Below are positions 11,093 to 20,678 of a DNA stretch of 32,022 nt, one piece after another. Made by a program: the position numbers and the translations under genes. The notes beneath the pieces are model-generated. The model had not been told where the DNA came from. It saw only the letters and a program-made list of their open reading frames with translations, and did no database searches. The first letter of the stretch is position 1. Each line of letters opens with the position of its first letter. This stretch comes from Salisapilia sapeloensis CBS 127946 (Eukaryota; Protista; Oomycota). The stretch covers positions 1 through 32,022 of the forward strand of contig JAADVB010000215.1 in the NCBI GenBank assembly GCA_023334545.1, in the 5' to 3' direction.

Positions 11093-12487
11093 TTATTTAC
11101 TCTCTTCTGTCTCGAGGGCGGTCTGCAGGCGTTCCACAAGGACAGCCTTGAGGCCTTTCGTGTCAAGTCCTCTCGACTTGAGCTCTTCACGTAGCTCAAC
11201 GACCTTTAGCTTCGTCGGGTCGATAATTTCTTTCTCTATAGCAGCGTCCTCAGAGTCTACGTGCTTGCTTTCTTTCTCTTTCTTACTTTCCAACTCCCCC
11301 TGATTACTCTCCTTCTCAGACGCATTCTTAGGTACATCTGATTCTTTCATCTTGTCTTCATCCGCAGCAATGGACTCCATCTCCTCCTCTTGATTTCCAT
11401 CCTGCTTATCCTCCTTCTCAGGAGCATCAGACTCCATCTCCTCCTCCTGCTTCTTATTCTCAGATACCTTCTCCGAAGTATCTGATTCCATGCTCTCCTC
11501 TTTCTTTTCTTCTTGCGTCTCGTTGTTCTCAGAAACTTGCTTCTGAGGAACGTCTGATTCCTTCTTCTCCTCTCGAGCCTCGGCCTTAGCTTGCTCTCGC
11601 TTCGCCTTGGCCTGTGCCAGTAGCTCTTTCTTACTATCCACTTGCTTCTGGAATTTGGCTTCCAAGTCTTTCAATTGCGTCGCAAACGCTCGTTCCTTTC
11701 CTTGTTTCATCTCGTCCTGTGCTTCCATCGATGCATCCACAAGTGCTTTCGTCTCATTCGTGTGTTTCGCTGGTAGATAGTAGATTGCAGGACTTGCAGT
11801 CGTCTGGATGTACTGAGCATGCTCTCGACTCACTCGCATCGCTTGCAAGTGCTTGAGCTTCAATTTTGCTCGTTCTTCCTTCCACTCTAACTCGGTCGCT
11901 TCGACCGCTCTTTCATACTTTCGAACTTCCTTGTCCATCTCTGCGTACTTGGACATGAGCTCTGATTGTTCCTGATCTCGTTGCTCCACTTCCTGCAGCT
12001 TGGAGTCCTGACGCTGCAAGAGCTGCGTATCTCGCTCCAGACGCTGCTTGGCGCTGTCCAAGTGACTTAGCAGAGCGCCAAACATGCGTCGGCTACGTGC
12101 CATGCCGTCCTTCTGGGCATACGGAGCTAAGAGACGTTTGCGCTCTGTCGCTCGATCCGGAGCGCTCTTGCTCGTCTCCGGCGCGGCATCCGAGCCATTC
12201 GGTCGGGAAACCTACATGCAAGCTGTGACTACGCTGTCTAACTAGATATATCTCTAAGTACACGCACAGCAGAAGAAAGACGTTGTCGTTTATTATTATC
12301 TAGCTGCTTCTGGTGGGCTCGTTTGCCAAGGTTGCGTCGACCTTGAGGCTCGTCTTTCGAGTGTTCTGACAAATAGAGTAAGTAGATGCATATTAGAGGT
12401 CCAGATGTAGCCCATACGAGCATGTAGCTGATGTCGTTTTTTCGCAGCAAGTGCGATTTCTTGCTCCAGCGCGTGCTCTTCCTCCAT
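11093..12487 (-). CDS. PNN: Pinin/SDK/memA-like protein with RSB motif and C-terminal SAP domain, 3 exons, 430 aa
   Basis: Exons 12487-12418, 12365-12262, 12211-11093. RLSSAV and RSRRMFGALLSHL (pinin-like), YIQTTASPAIYYLP (RSB-like), acidic EEEMESD repeats, and KLKVVELREELKSRGLDTKGLKAVLVERL (SAP). Confidence 0.8.
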
Positions 12488-12560
12488 CCGATAGGTATGC
12501 TTTGGACGTGTTCGATGACAAAGTTTCTACCCCAGATCTTGAACCGTCGGATACGGAGGC

Positions 12561-13328
12561 ATGGACAAGATGCTTGCACGAGGCTTAGTACCTTTGTTGT
12601 CACCAACAAGAGGCACGACGAAGGAGGTGGAGGATATACCGACAGACTTTGGTGTCTATTGCAATGGACAGATACATTCCATCCAGGTACATTTTGTATT
12701 TAATAGATGGGAAGAGACAAGTATGACGTGGTAGATGGTAGTATCCTGGGATAAATAATGCCTATTGCCACTATACGTTCGTCTCTGGTGTCGACTGGAC
12801 GACCCAACGGGTATGTTGTAGCTTGCTGGTGTTTGGTTAGAGTACTGATGGGATGTAGGGCGCCGATCATGGTGTTTCGCAATTGGCGTATAAAGTTACG
12901 TCGAGTCCGTCGCTAGTGCTCAACTTTCCTATTGACATTGCGTACGCTAGTACCAATCCATTCGGATGGCCTCAGCTTATCGTTTGTGTCTACGGACTCG
13001 ACTTTTTTGGTCGAGATGTTGTTTTAGGGTATGGAAGTATGCGCTTGCCAACGCGTCCAGGCTCGTATGACCAGGAGGTCCTGCTCTTCCGACCAGTCTC
13101 CTCGTCTTTCCTACATCAGATCTATGCCTGGTTCTGGGGTTCTCCTCCGGAAGTATATTCTTTATCCTTTCATATCTATCTCGTATCTAATGTTATGTCT
13201 AGTTTGTCGATCCGACGTTCATTACACAAGGTAGAGACCGACAACTCACTCGCGTGACATCCAGTGGCCATGTCCAAGTCCAATTGAACATCACGACCAC
13301 GCACATGGAGTCATTTGGATACTCGTAA
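12561..13328 (+). CDS. B9D1: B9 domain-containing protein 1 (MKS transition-zone complex), 4 exons
   Basis: Exons 12561-12686, 12742-12810, 12859-13152, 13203-13328. Motifs CNGQI, AYCHYTFVSGVDW, NFPIDIAYASTNPFGWPQL, FFGRDVVLGYG, PPEFVDP and TRVTSSG..GY. Start codon less certain. Confidence 0.92.
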
Positions 13329-13401
13329 GAAAAGAAAAGAGAGTCCAGCAAAAGAAAACAAAGCAAAGCCGATGCGAAAAAAGAAAAGAATCTTTTCATT
13401 C

Positions 13402-14416
13402 CTAACACAGTCCTTCTCTCGCCATTTCCGACAAACGTTCCGACATACGATCTTTCAATAGCTTTCGACGCTTCCGAAACGACGTGCGCTACATACAAAA
13501 GATCAATCTCATCTAAAAGAAAAAGAAAAAGAGAATCAGAACGTACCAACGGACCTTCTTTACTGAAGAGGTCGAGGAATCCATGCTGCATGTCTTCCGC
13601 TCTTCCCATCCACTTGTGCATCCACCCATCCACATCGTTGCGCACACGATCCAACGCCATGTCAAACTTGATACCTTGCTCCTTCATAAACGGCACATTC
13701 ATATCTTTACCGGTATACCCGCGCTTGAGGTTACGACGAATGTACGTGTCGTACTCAGCAATGATACGGATGATCAGATCGGATGTCGAGATGCCGTCCG
13801 TACGTCGCGTCTCGAGGAACTTGCCCATGGACTTGAGACGTGCGTACACATCTCCATCCGAAGCTTCTCCGGACGTATCCCCGTACGGAAGTGCGTCGTG
13901 GCACACGTAGTCGATCTGATGCTTGTCCATAAACTCATCGTTAATGACCCACGGTGCGTCTTCCACGACTTCATCGACCCATCGGCAATGACGTAGGGAT
14001 TCGTACCGCTCCTGATCGGTCATGACCGTCCGGCCCTTGAGTTTATGCGTCATCTCATCACTGCAGCAGCCGACGATCAAGTACGTGTTCGGGTATGATT
14101 CCTTACATTGCTGCAAGGCTTTGGCGTGGCCAAAGTGGAAGAGATCGAAGATGCCATCGGCATAGAGACGTAGCGGCCGGCCAGTCTTGCTGCCCGGGTC
14201 GCCCTCTTCAATGGGCTTACGGTATGGCTCCGGTTGCTCAGCTTCGTCTTCGTCTGAAGACGAAGAGGAAGAGTGGTGCTGACGCTGCGCCGCAGCTTCG
14301 GCGGTGGCTGCTGCAACGACAGCTCCGAGACGAGCACCCTCTTCGACTTCGTCGAGTGGAGGGGCATCATGTTCGGCTTCGTATTCGGACGCAGAGCGCT
14401 TCTTCCCTCGTGCCAT
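13402..14416 (-). CDS. PCYT1: Choline-phosphate cytidylyltransferase, paralog A, 2 exons, 318 aa
   Basis: Exons 14416-13547 and 13488-13402. Motifs LYADGIFDLFHFGHA (HxGH), RHCRWVDEV, DYVCHDALPY and RTDGISTSDLI, followed by an amphipathic C-terminal region. Confidence 0.93.
13965..14056. repeat. 92-nt perfect direct repeat shared with 21802-21893 (inside the two CCT paralogs)
   Basis: Base-by-base comparison: acgacttcatcgaccc...tttatgcgtcatctc is identical in both copies. Confidence 0.95.
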
Positions 14417-14641
14417 GGTGAAGAGGCTGAAAAACGAGTTCTGAAGGTCTTCGTTTGCTACGGGGTTTTGTGGGACAGAAGGGAATAAATAATATTTTGT
14501 AGGACGACAGGTGGATGGTGTTTGTGATAGAATGCCACGATGGAGACTTGGACCAGCGGAGAGGGAGAGGATGGAGGCGTTTCAGCATGATGAGGTGTGG
14601 GATAGTCTAGGTAGATACAGGTGGTAAGGGATATAGAGGTC

Positions 14642-14653
14642 AAGTGGAAATGG
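14642..14653 (-). promoter_or_regulatory. Inr/FPR-like core promoter of CCT-A
   Basis: Minus strand CCATTTCCACTT, a near match to the oomycete YCATTYBNNNWTTY element. The same 11-mer CATTTCCACTT occurs upstream of CCT-B. Confidence 0.45.
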
Positions 14654-15368
14654 TAGGCTGACGGTGGTTGGATCATTTTACTTGTTGGTGTCTTTCGGTT
14701 TCTTCTTGTATGGGATAGGATGGAAATGACGAGCTCGTGGACTGTGTACTACTGTCAAGTGGCGTCGTACTCGTCGGTATGAAGAGCGTCGGAGTGTAGA
14801 TTCTACCAGTACATGTAGTTTTGTATCGTTTGCCTGTATTGCGTCAAGCATCATGGAAATAATGTTGGATACAAAACAATAATAAAGGATATAAAGCTAG
14901 AAAATAATTATCCACTGCTGGATGCTGAATGTTACGTCGGACTCGATCGCGTACGTATCCATGGAACGTTACTAGATGAGATCATTGAAATACGTCGTCG
15001 AAATTGTATCTGGAGAGGTGTTGACACTGATGCTTGTCTCTCCGCGGCACTTGTTGGAATGGTAACTCGATTACCATGACGGTAGTTTCAACTACAGACC
15101 GAACGCAAATACAAAACCTTTTTCCAATATATCAATATATCTCCCTATAAAGCATCCTGCAGTAGCTAGTGTACGCACTCTGTTCCTCTTGCATACAGTG
15201 AGCTCTAGACTTCATGCCCGTCCTTCCATCGTCTCCTTCGCATACATCTCCAATGATGTAGCACCACCATATCCATCTACAACTCTTCTATCTAAAAAAG
15301 ATTTCCATGAGCATTTCTACAAAGAAACACAAACAAAGATGGCCAAACGACATTCGACAAAATCATTT

Positions 15369-16523
15369 TTAAGCTAGACTTAGCACTTTTGCGCTACCCA
15401 TGTACATTCGATGCGGCACGCGGACACTTTTCTCCGTCTTGGCATTCACCGGCGGTTTGATCACCACCGGGACTTGCCATCGAAACGTCTGTGCACTCTC
15501 CTCCTGTCCTGCTGTCGTAAATTCAAACTTAATCGTCCACAAGAACGACACGAGATCCGTGCGGATTGTCGGCAAAGCGTCCGGCGGGAGTGTGAATCTC
15601 AAGTGCGTTTGCTTCACTCCTTTTGTCCGTTCGTGGAACGTCCCGACCTCCTTCGTCTGGACTACTCGAGACGGATCAAGAGACATGGACCCGAGCGTCT
15701 CCTCCAAGTGGAGCGCAGCTTTGACCTCCGAGCACGGGATGCTGGCGTTAGCAAAGTCAAAGACACCGAGGATCTCTTCACCAGGACCATAGGATTGTTT
15801 CGTTAGGATGAACTTCACGAGGTGACTGTTCTCTTTGCCAATGGTAAAGAGACTCGTCTGCGCTCGTTCCATCGTCTCCGTCTCGACACGTCCGTGCAGG
15901 AGAGATAAACGTAAATCAAACGGAACACTGCCTGAGGAGTTTTCACTAGTTACGCTACTATCTGTACTAGTTGCATGGCTGTTGGAAGCAGCTTGATCGA
16001 ACGAGTACTCGCTCCCGTAGATGTCTAGAGGCAGGTGAATCGATTGTGGTGTCTCCGTGATCGCTGTGATGGACAAGATGTAGAAGACACGAGCAGAGGT
16101 GCCTTTAAAGGTTGGACAGAGGTCGTTTGGAAGCGTCATGGAGAAATCCAACGGGCCACTGCTGTCGCTCTCGTCGCGATTGAACAGGATGACGGGAGAT
16201 GACTCGTAGATACATGCTCCAGTCTCACCGGAAAAGTCATTCATGCTCGGCATAGCTTTGGTGATGCTGCTGTCTGTACTAGAGGTCGTAGTATCGGCGT
16301 CTGCAATGACAGGCACGGATAATACGTTGCTATCGACTGTCACGTGGCCATGCAGTTTCGCAACGATATACTGCAATTCTAGGTTTTCTGCTGTGATTCC
16401 CTGAAACTGTAGGACGCCACGAACAGGATCCCCTGGTCGAAAGTACTTGGAACTAAGCTTGGCGCTCAATAGAGAGCTTGCATCTTCCCCACTCATCGAG
16501 CTCATTTGCGATCTCATTTGCAT
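15369..16523 (-). CDS. RGP1: Rgp1-family protein (Ric1-Rgp1 Rab6 GEF subunit)
   Basis: Arrestin-like fold pattern: YFRPGDPVRGVL, LHGHVTVD, FSMTLPNDLCPTFKGTSARVFY, LPTIRTDLVSFLWTIKFEF and FRWQVPV. Exact start Met uncertain. Confidence 0.8.
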   Translation of the reverse strand: MQMRSQMSSMSGEDASSLLSAKLSSKYFRPGDPVRGVLQFQGITAENLELQYIVAKLHGHVTVDSNVLSVPVIADADTTTSSTDSSITKAMPSMNDFSGETGACIYESSPVILFNRDESDSSGPLDFSMTLPNDLCPTFKGTSARVFYILSITAITETPQSIHLPLDIYGSEYSFDQAASNSHATSTDSSVTSENSSGSVPFDLRLSLLHGRVETETMERAQTSLFTIGKENSHLVKFILTKQSYGPGEEILGVFDFANASIPCSEVKAALHLEETLGSMSLDPSRVVQTKEVGTFHERTKGVKQTHLRFTLPPDALPTIRTDLVSFLWTIKFEFTTAGQEESAQTFRWQVPVVIKPPVNAKTEKSVRVPHRMYMGSAKVLSLA

Positions 16524-16716
16524 GCTGTAGGATTCACATACAAATTTCCAGTAGTTTTGTTTTATACATTTCTGAAGGTTTATTTTACTTCACAGGTTTC
16601 AGACATCAAAATATTGTAGCATTATATGAAATATAAAAGGGTTATGCTGAAAGAAAGAGTAGGAGGCGACTGGCCGAGCTCGAAAAGCAGCATCGTACCC
16701 GAGTACGAGTGAAGAG

Positions 16717-17634
16717 ATGAACGGCGGCGAGTGTGGGTCCTGTGGCAGTTTGGACGTGGTCACGGACTATGGCGCCGGGGATGTCGTCTGCCGCGGATGT
16801 GGACTTGTGCTTGGCGAGCGAATTGTGGACGACACGGCGGAATGGCGGACGTTTAGTAACGACGATCGCGGCGACCAAGGGACGAAATCTCGTGTCGGAG
16901 AGATGTCGTCGAAAGAGCAGCGGCTGCACGGGTCTGACCTCACCACTTATTTAGTCGATCAACCGACATCCACAGCCTCCTCCTCAGAATCGCGACCGCA
17001 TAAGCGACCGAAAATCACACAAGAGAGTTCCGAGACGAAACGCATGAAGCGGAATTTAAGTCGTATTCAAGATTTAGCCGAAGAGTTATCTCTACCACAG
17101 CAGATTGCCGACATGGGATTGGACGTGTATGAGCGCGCTGAAGCAAAGGGTATGAGTGTCCGAGGCCCTGAGCACGAAAGTGTGAGTGCTGCTTGTGTCT
17201 TCATCGCTTGCCGTCAATCCGGCAACGCTCGATCGATGTACGAAGTCGCACAGGCTTCCGGCGTCCCCAAACGGAAACTTGGGAAATCGTTCTTGAAGTT
17301 GACGCGCGAGCTGTCGATCGAGATGACGCAGCCGACGACGGAAGAGTACGTCCGGCGGTTCGCATCACGTCTGAATCTGTCGATGAAGACCCAGACGATC
17401 GCGTACGATGTTGCTCGAAAGGCAGGGAAGCTCGGATTGGCAACTGGCAAGTCGCCTGTTGCTGTTGCCGCATCTGTGTTGTATCTTGCAGCTGCGTATA
17501 CGGATTCGAAGCGTTCGATTGAAGAGATTAGCACCGTTTCAAGTATAGGCGCCAAGAGCGTCAAGACGGTGTGCAAGGAGTTGAACAAGAGCCGGATGGT
17601 GCTCTTTGAAGGTGTATTGAAAGAGGTAAGTTAG
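16717..17634 (+). CDS. TFIIB: Transcription initiation factor IIB
   Basis: Zn ribbon CGSC..D...GDVVCRGCGLV, B-reader EWRTFSND..SRVG, and two cyclin repeats (AACVFIACRQ, GKSPVAVAASVLYLA). Confidence 0.93.
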   Translation: MNGGECGSCGSLDVVTDYGAGDVVCRGCGLVLGERIVDDTAEWRTFSNDDRGDQGTKSRVGEMSSKEQRLHGSDLTTYLVDQPTSTASSSESRPHKRPKITQESSETKRMKRNLSRIQDLAEELSLPQQIADMGLDVYERAEAKGMSVRGPEHESVSAACVFIACRQSGNARSMYEVAQASGVPKRKLGKSFLKLTRELSIEMTQPTTEEYVRRFASRLNLSMKTQTIAYDVARKAGKLGLATGKSPVAVAASVLYLAAAYTDSKRSIEEISTVSSIGAKSVKTVCKELNKSRMVLFEGVLKEVS

Positions 17635-17714
17635 AGTAGACGAAAAGGAAACATGATAAGGTAAGCTGGGGCTACTTGCAGGTAATGTTTCTTTTTCCTC
17701 TCTCTCGTATAAGT

Positions 17715-18254
17715 TCATTCGTACAGAATGCGACAGATGTCCAGAGATGACTGTCGACGACATGGAGATCGATGGAATCGCCAGAGAAGGTCGTGACACA
17801 CCAGTTCGCGGCGACTATTGAGTCGCTGGAGCTCGAGCTGCATACTTTCTTCAAGCTACTTTGAAAATGATTTGTATAGACGGTAGCTAGTAGAGTAGAA
17901 TAGGAAGAAGTACTTGACTTGTGCATGGCTCATGGAAAAGTAGGGAAGCACCCAATGTAGAGAGACAGCAGAGGTAGCCACATGCAAAGCATGACATACA
18001 TGGATAGTAGTCGTCTAGTGTCTGGTTGATAATAGAGATACCATGTGCAAACTCCTTTCGGCTCACTACAGCTTAAATGGTCAATAGATACTTGTTGAAA
18101 GCAATGGAAACTTGTTACTGATGCCGCTGAGTGCGTCCGGAAAGGTTGTATCGAAGCTGGAGGGAAACGCAGTGACTGTCTGTATGCCTGTACTTGGTAT
18201 CTTTGCAAGGACGACGATGGTCGGTAGCGTACCAAGCAGCACTTCCTTGGACAT
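17715..18254 (-). CDS. Golgin A7/Erf4/CHIC-like cysteine-rich protein, 3 exons, 142 aa (not evident in the ORF track)
   Basis: Exons 18254-18119, 18065-17914, 17855-17715 (introns 53 and 58 nt) give [72 protein letters not shown], which follows the Erf4-family pattern (F..FP..L.G.....EF...I..IN, Cys cluster, L..LN, W). Confidence 0.75.
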
Positions 18255-18407
18255 TGTCGACGCCTTTTCAAGATCGCAGCGACCTGCTCGTGCTTTTACC
18301 GTGGGAGACAGTATAGTTGGAAATCTGGAAGCATCTATAGAGCGTTTCCTACGGTACTTGTGGCCGAGGAACAAACACAGCAAAGCACAAAGTATAGTAG
18401 AGACAAC

Positions 18408-18976
18408 ATGTCGACAGCAGCGAGACGGCGTTTGATGCGGGACTTCCGCAAGCTACAGAATGATCCACCATCAGGTATCTCCGGCGCTCCGATGGAGAAC
18501 AACATCATGCTATGGCAAGCCGTCATCTTCGGGTATGCTCGTACGAAAAGAAAAAAGAAGGAGGCCAATCATTTATTTTTTATATCTAGACCGGACGATA
18601 CGCCATGGGAAGGTGGGACGTTCAACCTAACGCTCGAGTTTAGTGAAGACTACCCAAATAAGGCACCGACGGTCAAATTCGTGACGAAGATGTTCCACCC
18701 AAACAGTATTATTTCTTTCTTACAACTGTGCTTGGGCGACACTAACGACATGGGATAGTCTACAACGACGGCCAGATTTGTCTCGATATCTTGCAGAATC
18801 AGTGGTCTCCGATCTACGACATTTCCGCCATTCTCACGTCGATCCAGTCGCTCCTGTGCGACCCAAACCCGAACTCGCCGGCCAATTCCGAGGCCGCTCG
18901 ACTCTTCCAGGAGAACCGTCGAGAGTACAATCGCCGAGTGCGAGAGATCGTCGAACAGAGCTGGGTCGTCGAGTAA
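18408..18976 (+). CDS. UBC2: Ubiquitin-conjugating enzyme E2, Rad6/UBC2 type, 3 exons, 152 aa
   Basis: Exons 18408-18532, 18590-18705, 18759-18976. [35 protein letters not shown] (catalytic Cys) and [13 protein letters not shown]. Confidence 0.97.
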
Positions 18977-19035
18977 CCACCATGAACACAAACTTTAAAC
19001 TTTCGGAATTATTTTCTTTTTTGTTTATTTCGATC

Positions 19036-20499
19036 TTAATACGGCGCATGGGCAGCTACTCTCATCTGCCGCTGTAAGTCCGCCGACTCGGTATGGAGCG
19101 AAGAGAAACCTTGCTTGTCACTTGCATGTTGCCCATAGTTCGAGAGCTGAATGTCGCACTTTAGATCTCTCAATGCTGCGTATGCTTCATCGCCGCAGCC
19201 GCGTCGGCCTTGGCTGCGACGCAGTACTTGCTCCATCGGATCACTCCAAACGCGTTCGCAGAGTTCCGGCGACCTGGCAACGATATTCCGGATAGCAAGA
19301 CTTGCTTGACGCACGACCACAAGCGTCTTTTCGTGTCGCACGAGTGCCTTTGTTAGATGTGACGCGACGTTGAGCTCTAGCACGAGAGTGGAGCTATAGG
19401 TAGGTGATCGCAACGCAAGGGCAGCAATGACTGCACAGACATTTTGTTGCACTTGTGCGTCATCGTCATGTCGTTGCATCCCGTCGAGCAATTCCTTGAC
19501 GACATTGGATTCGAATAAATGGGATTTCATATCATCCGACGCGGCCATGTTCCGTATGACGCTAGCACAGCGTCTCGTCACGTCTGGATGGTTGCCATAG
19601 TGTTGCAGAAGCGTATATAAAAGATCCAATCCGCCTGATTCTTGAAGTTTCCGAACGTTATCATCTGTCGTTGCGAGATGCTTCAAGACGACTAACCAAG
19701 AGGCAACGACCTCTGGGTTCGACATGTAGGATTCGAGTAGAGAAAGAGTGGTTGGTAGGATATCTAAATCCATCAGACGTTTCGTTGTTTCCTGTGTGTT
19801 GGCGTTCGTGACGACGAGTTCGTCTCCTTCGGTGATCGTCAAGATACGCAGTACAAAGGACATTGCCTTTGCGACATTCACGTCGGATTGGGCAATGGAA
19901 GACAATTGAAGTAGACGTTGGAGCGAACCAGGTGCTTTTGTAAAGTAAGACTTGTTCCGTTCGTGCTTGATGCATGCGTTCTTTAGGAGAATAAGAAGAC
20001 GGCATATCGTTGTGTTTTCATTAGAATCGCTGTCTAGTAATGAGCGAATGGCATGTATGCCTTGCTCACCAAAAAAGTCTTGGTTGTCTGTATTCGCAGC
20101 ACATAAGATACACAGGATACTTGCTGCAGGCTCGATGATAGATAGATGATAGGAAGACGATAGGTAAGATGAGACGGTCTGGATGGCGCCATTGCGACCT
20201 GCTGAAGTCTGTAGTTCTGTCGTCGTGGTCAGCAGTTCCTGTAGTTCTGCCAGTTTCTGTTCGATCTCGTTTGGATCTAGTCCAGACTGGTCTAGCTGTG
20301 ATAAAATCGACTGGCACTGTGTCAGTGGCGACTCGCCGTCTTCTGGACTCGCGACACTTTTGACAATATTAGAGAGATCCACGCCTTGTGACTGGAACTG
20401 CTGGATTGCATCTTCCAGAGCAGCCTCGGGAGTCATGTCAAAGTCCTCAACATTCTCCTGCACACACTCGTCGAACGTCTGTTGCGATATCTGCTTCAT
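19036..20499 (-). CDS. ARMC6: Armadillo repeat-containing protein 6
   Basis: N-terminus ISQQTFDECVQENVEDFDMTPEAALEDAIQQFQSQGVDLSNIVK, ARM repeats, and C-terminal CGDEAYAALRDLKC, all characteristic of ARMC6. Confidence 0.9.
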   Translation of the reverse strand: MKQISQQTFDECVQENVEDFDMTPEAALEDAIQQFQSQGVDLSNIVKSVASPEDGESPLTQCQSILSQLDQSGLDPNEIEQKLAELQELLTTTTELQTSAGRNGAIQTVSSYLSSSYHLSIIEPAASILCILCAANTDNQDFFGEQGIHAIRSLLDSDSNENTTICRLLILLKNACIKHERNKSYFTKAPGSLQRLLQLSSIAQSDVNVAKAMSFVLRILTITEGDELVVTNANTQETTKRLMDLDILPTTLSLLESYMSNPEVVASWLVVLKHLATTDDNVRKLQESGGLDLLYTLLQHYGNHPDVTRRCASVIRNMAASDDMKSHLFESNVVKELLDGMQRHDDDAQVQQNVCAVIAALALRSPTYSSTLVLELNVASHLTKALVRHEKTLVVVRQASLAIRNIVARSPELCERVWSDPMEQVLRRSQGRRGCGDEAYAALRDLKCDIQLSNYGQHASDKQGFSSLHTESADLQRQMRVAAHAPY

Positions 20500-20678
20500 C
20501 TCTTGTATGCTACTTGTGTCGGTTGGCTGTTTAACAGATACGATAACAAACGAGTGGTTACAAAGTCTTTCACCTCTTAAAGTTCATCTTATTCATATAT
20601 AATATAGAACAAATATACAAATTATAAGAGGTAAATAGGCATGATAAGCGGATCGGTTGAAGCGAGTACAGCGCAGAG

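Noticed and set aside
13199-13546. Long hydrophobic C-terminal extension of CCT-A overlapping B9D1
   Set aside because: Produced by reading through a 58-nt intron; the spliced form ends at 13402 and matches the intron position in paralog B.
17625-17680. GTAAGT donor-like sites at the TFIIB 3' end suggesting another exon
   Set aside because: Both cyclin repeats are already complete and the convergent Erf4-like gene ends at 17715, leaving no convincing exon. The TFIIB B-reader residues also look canonical.
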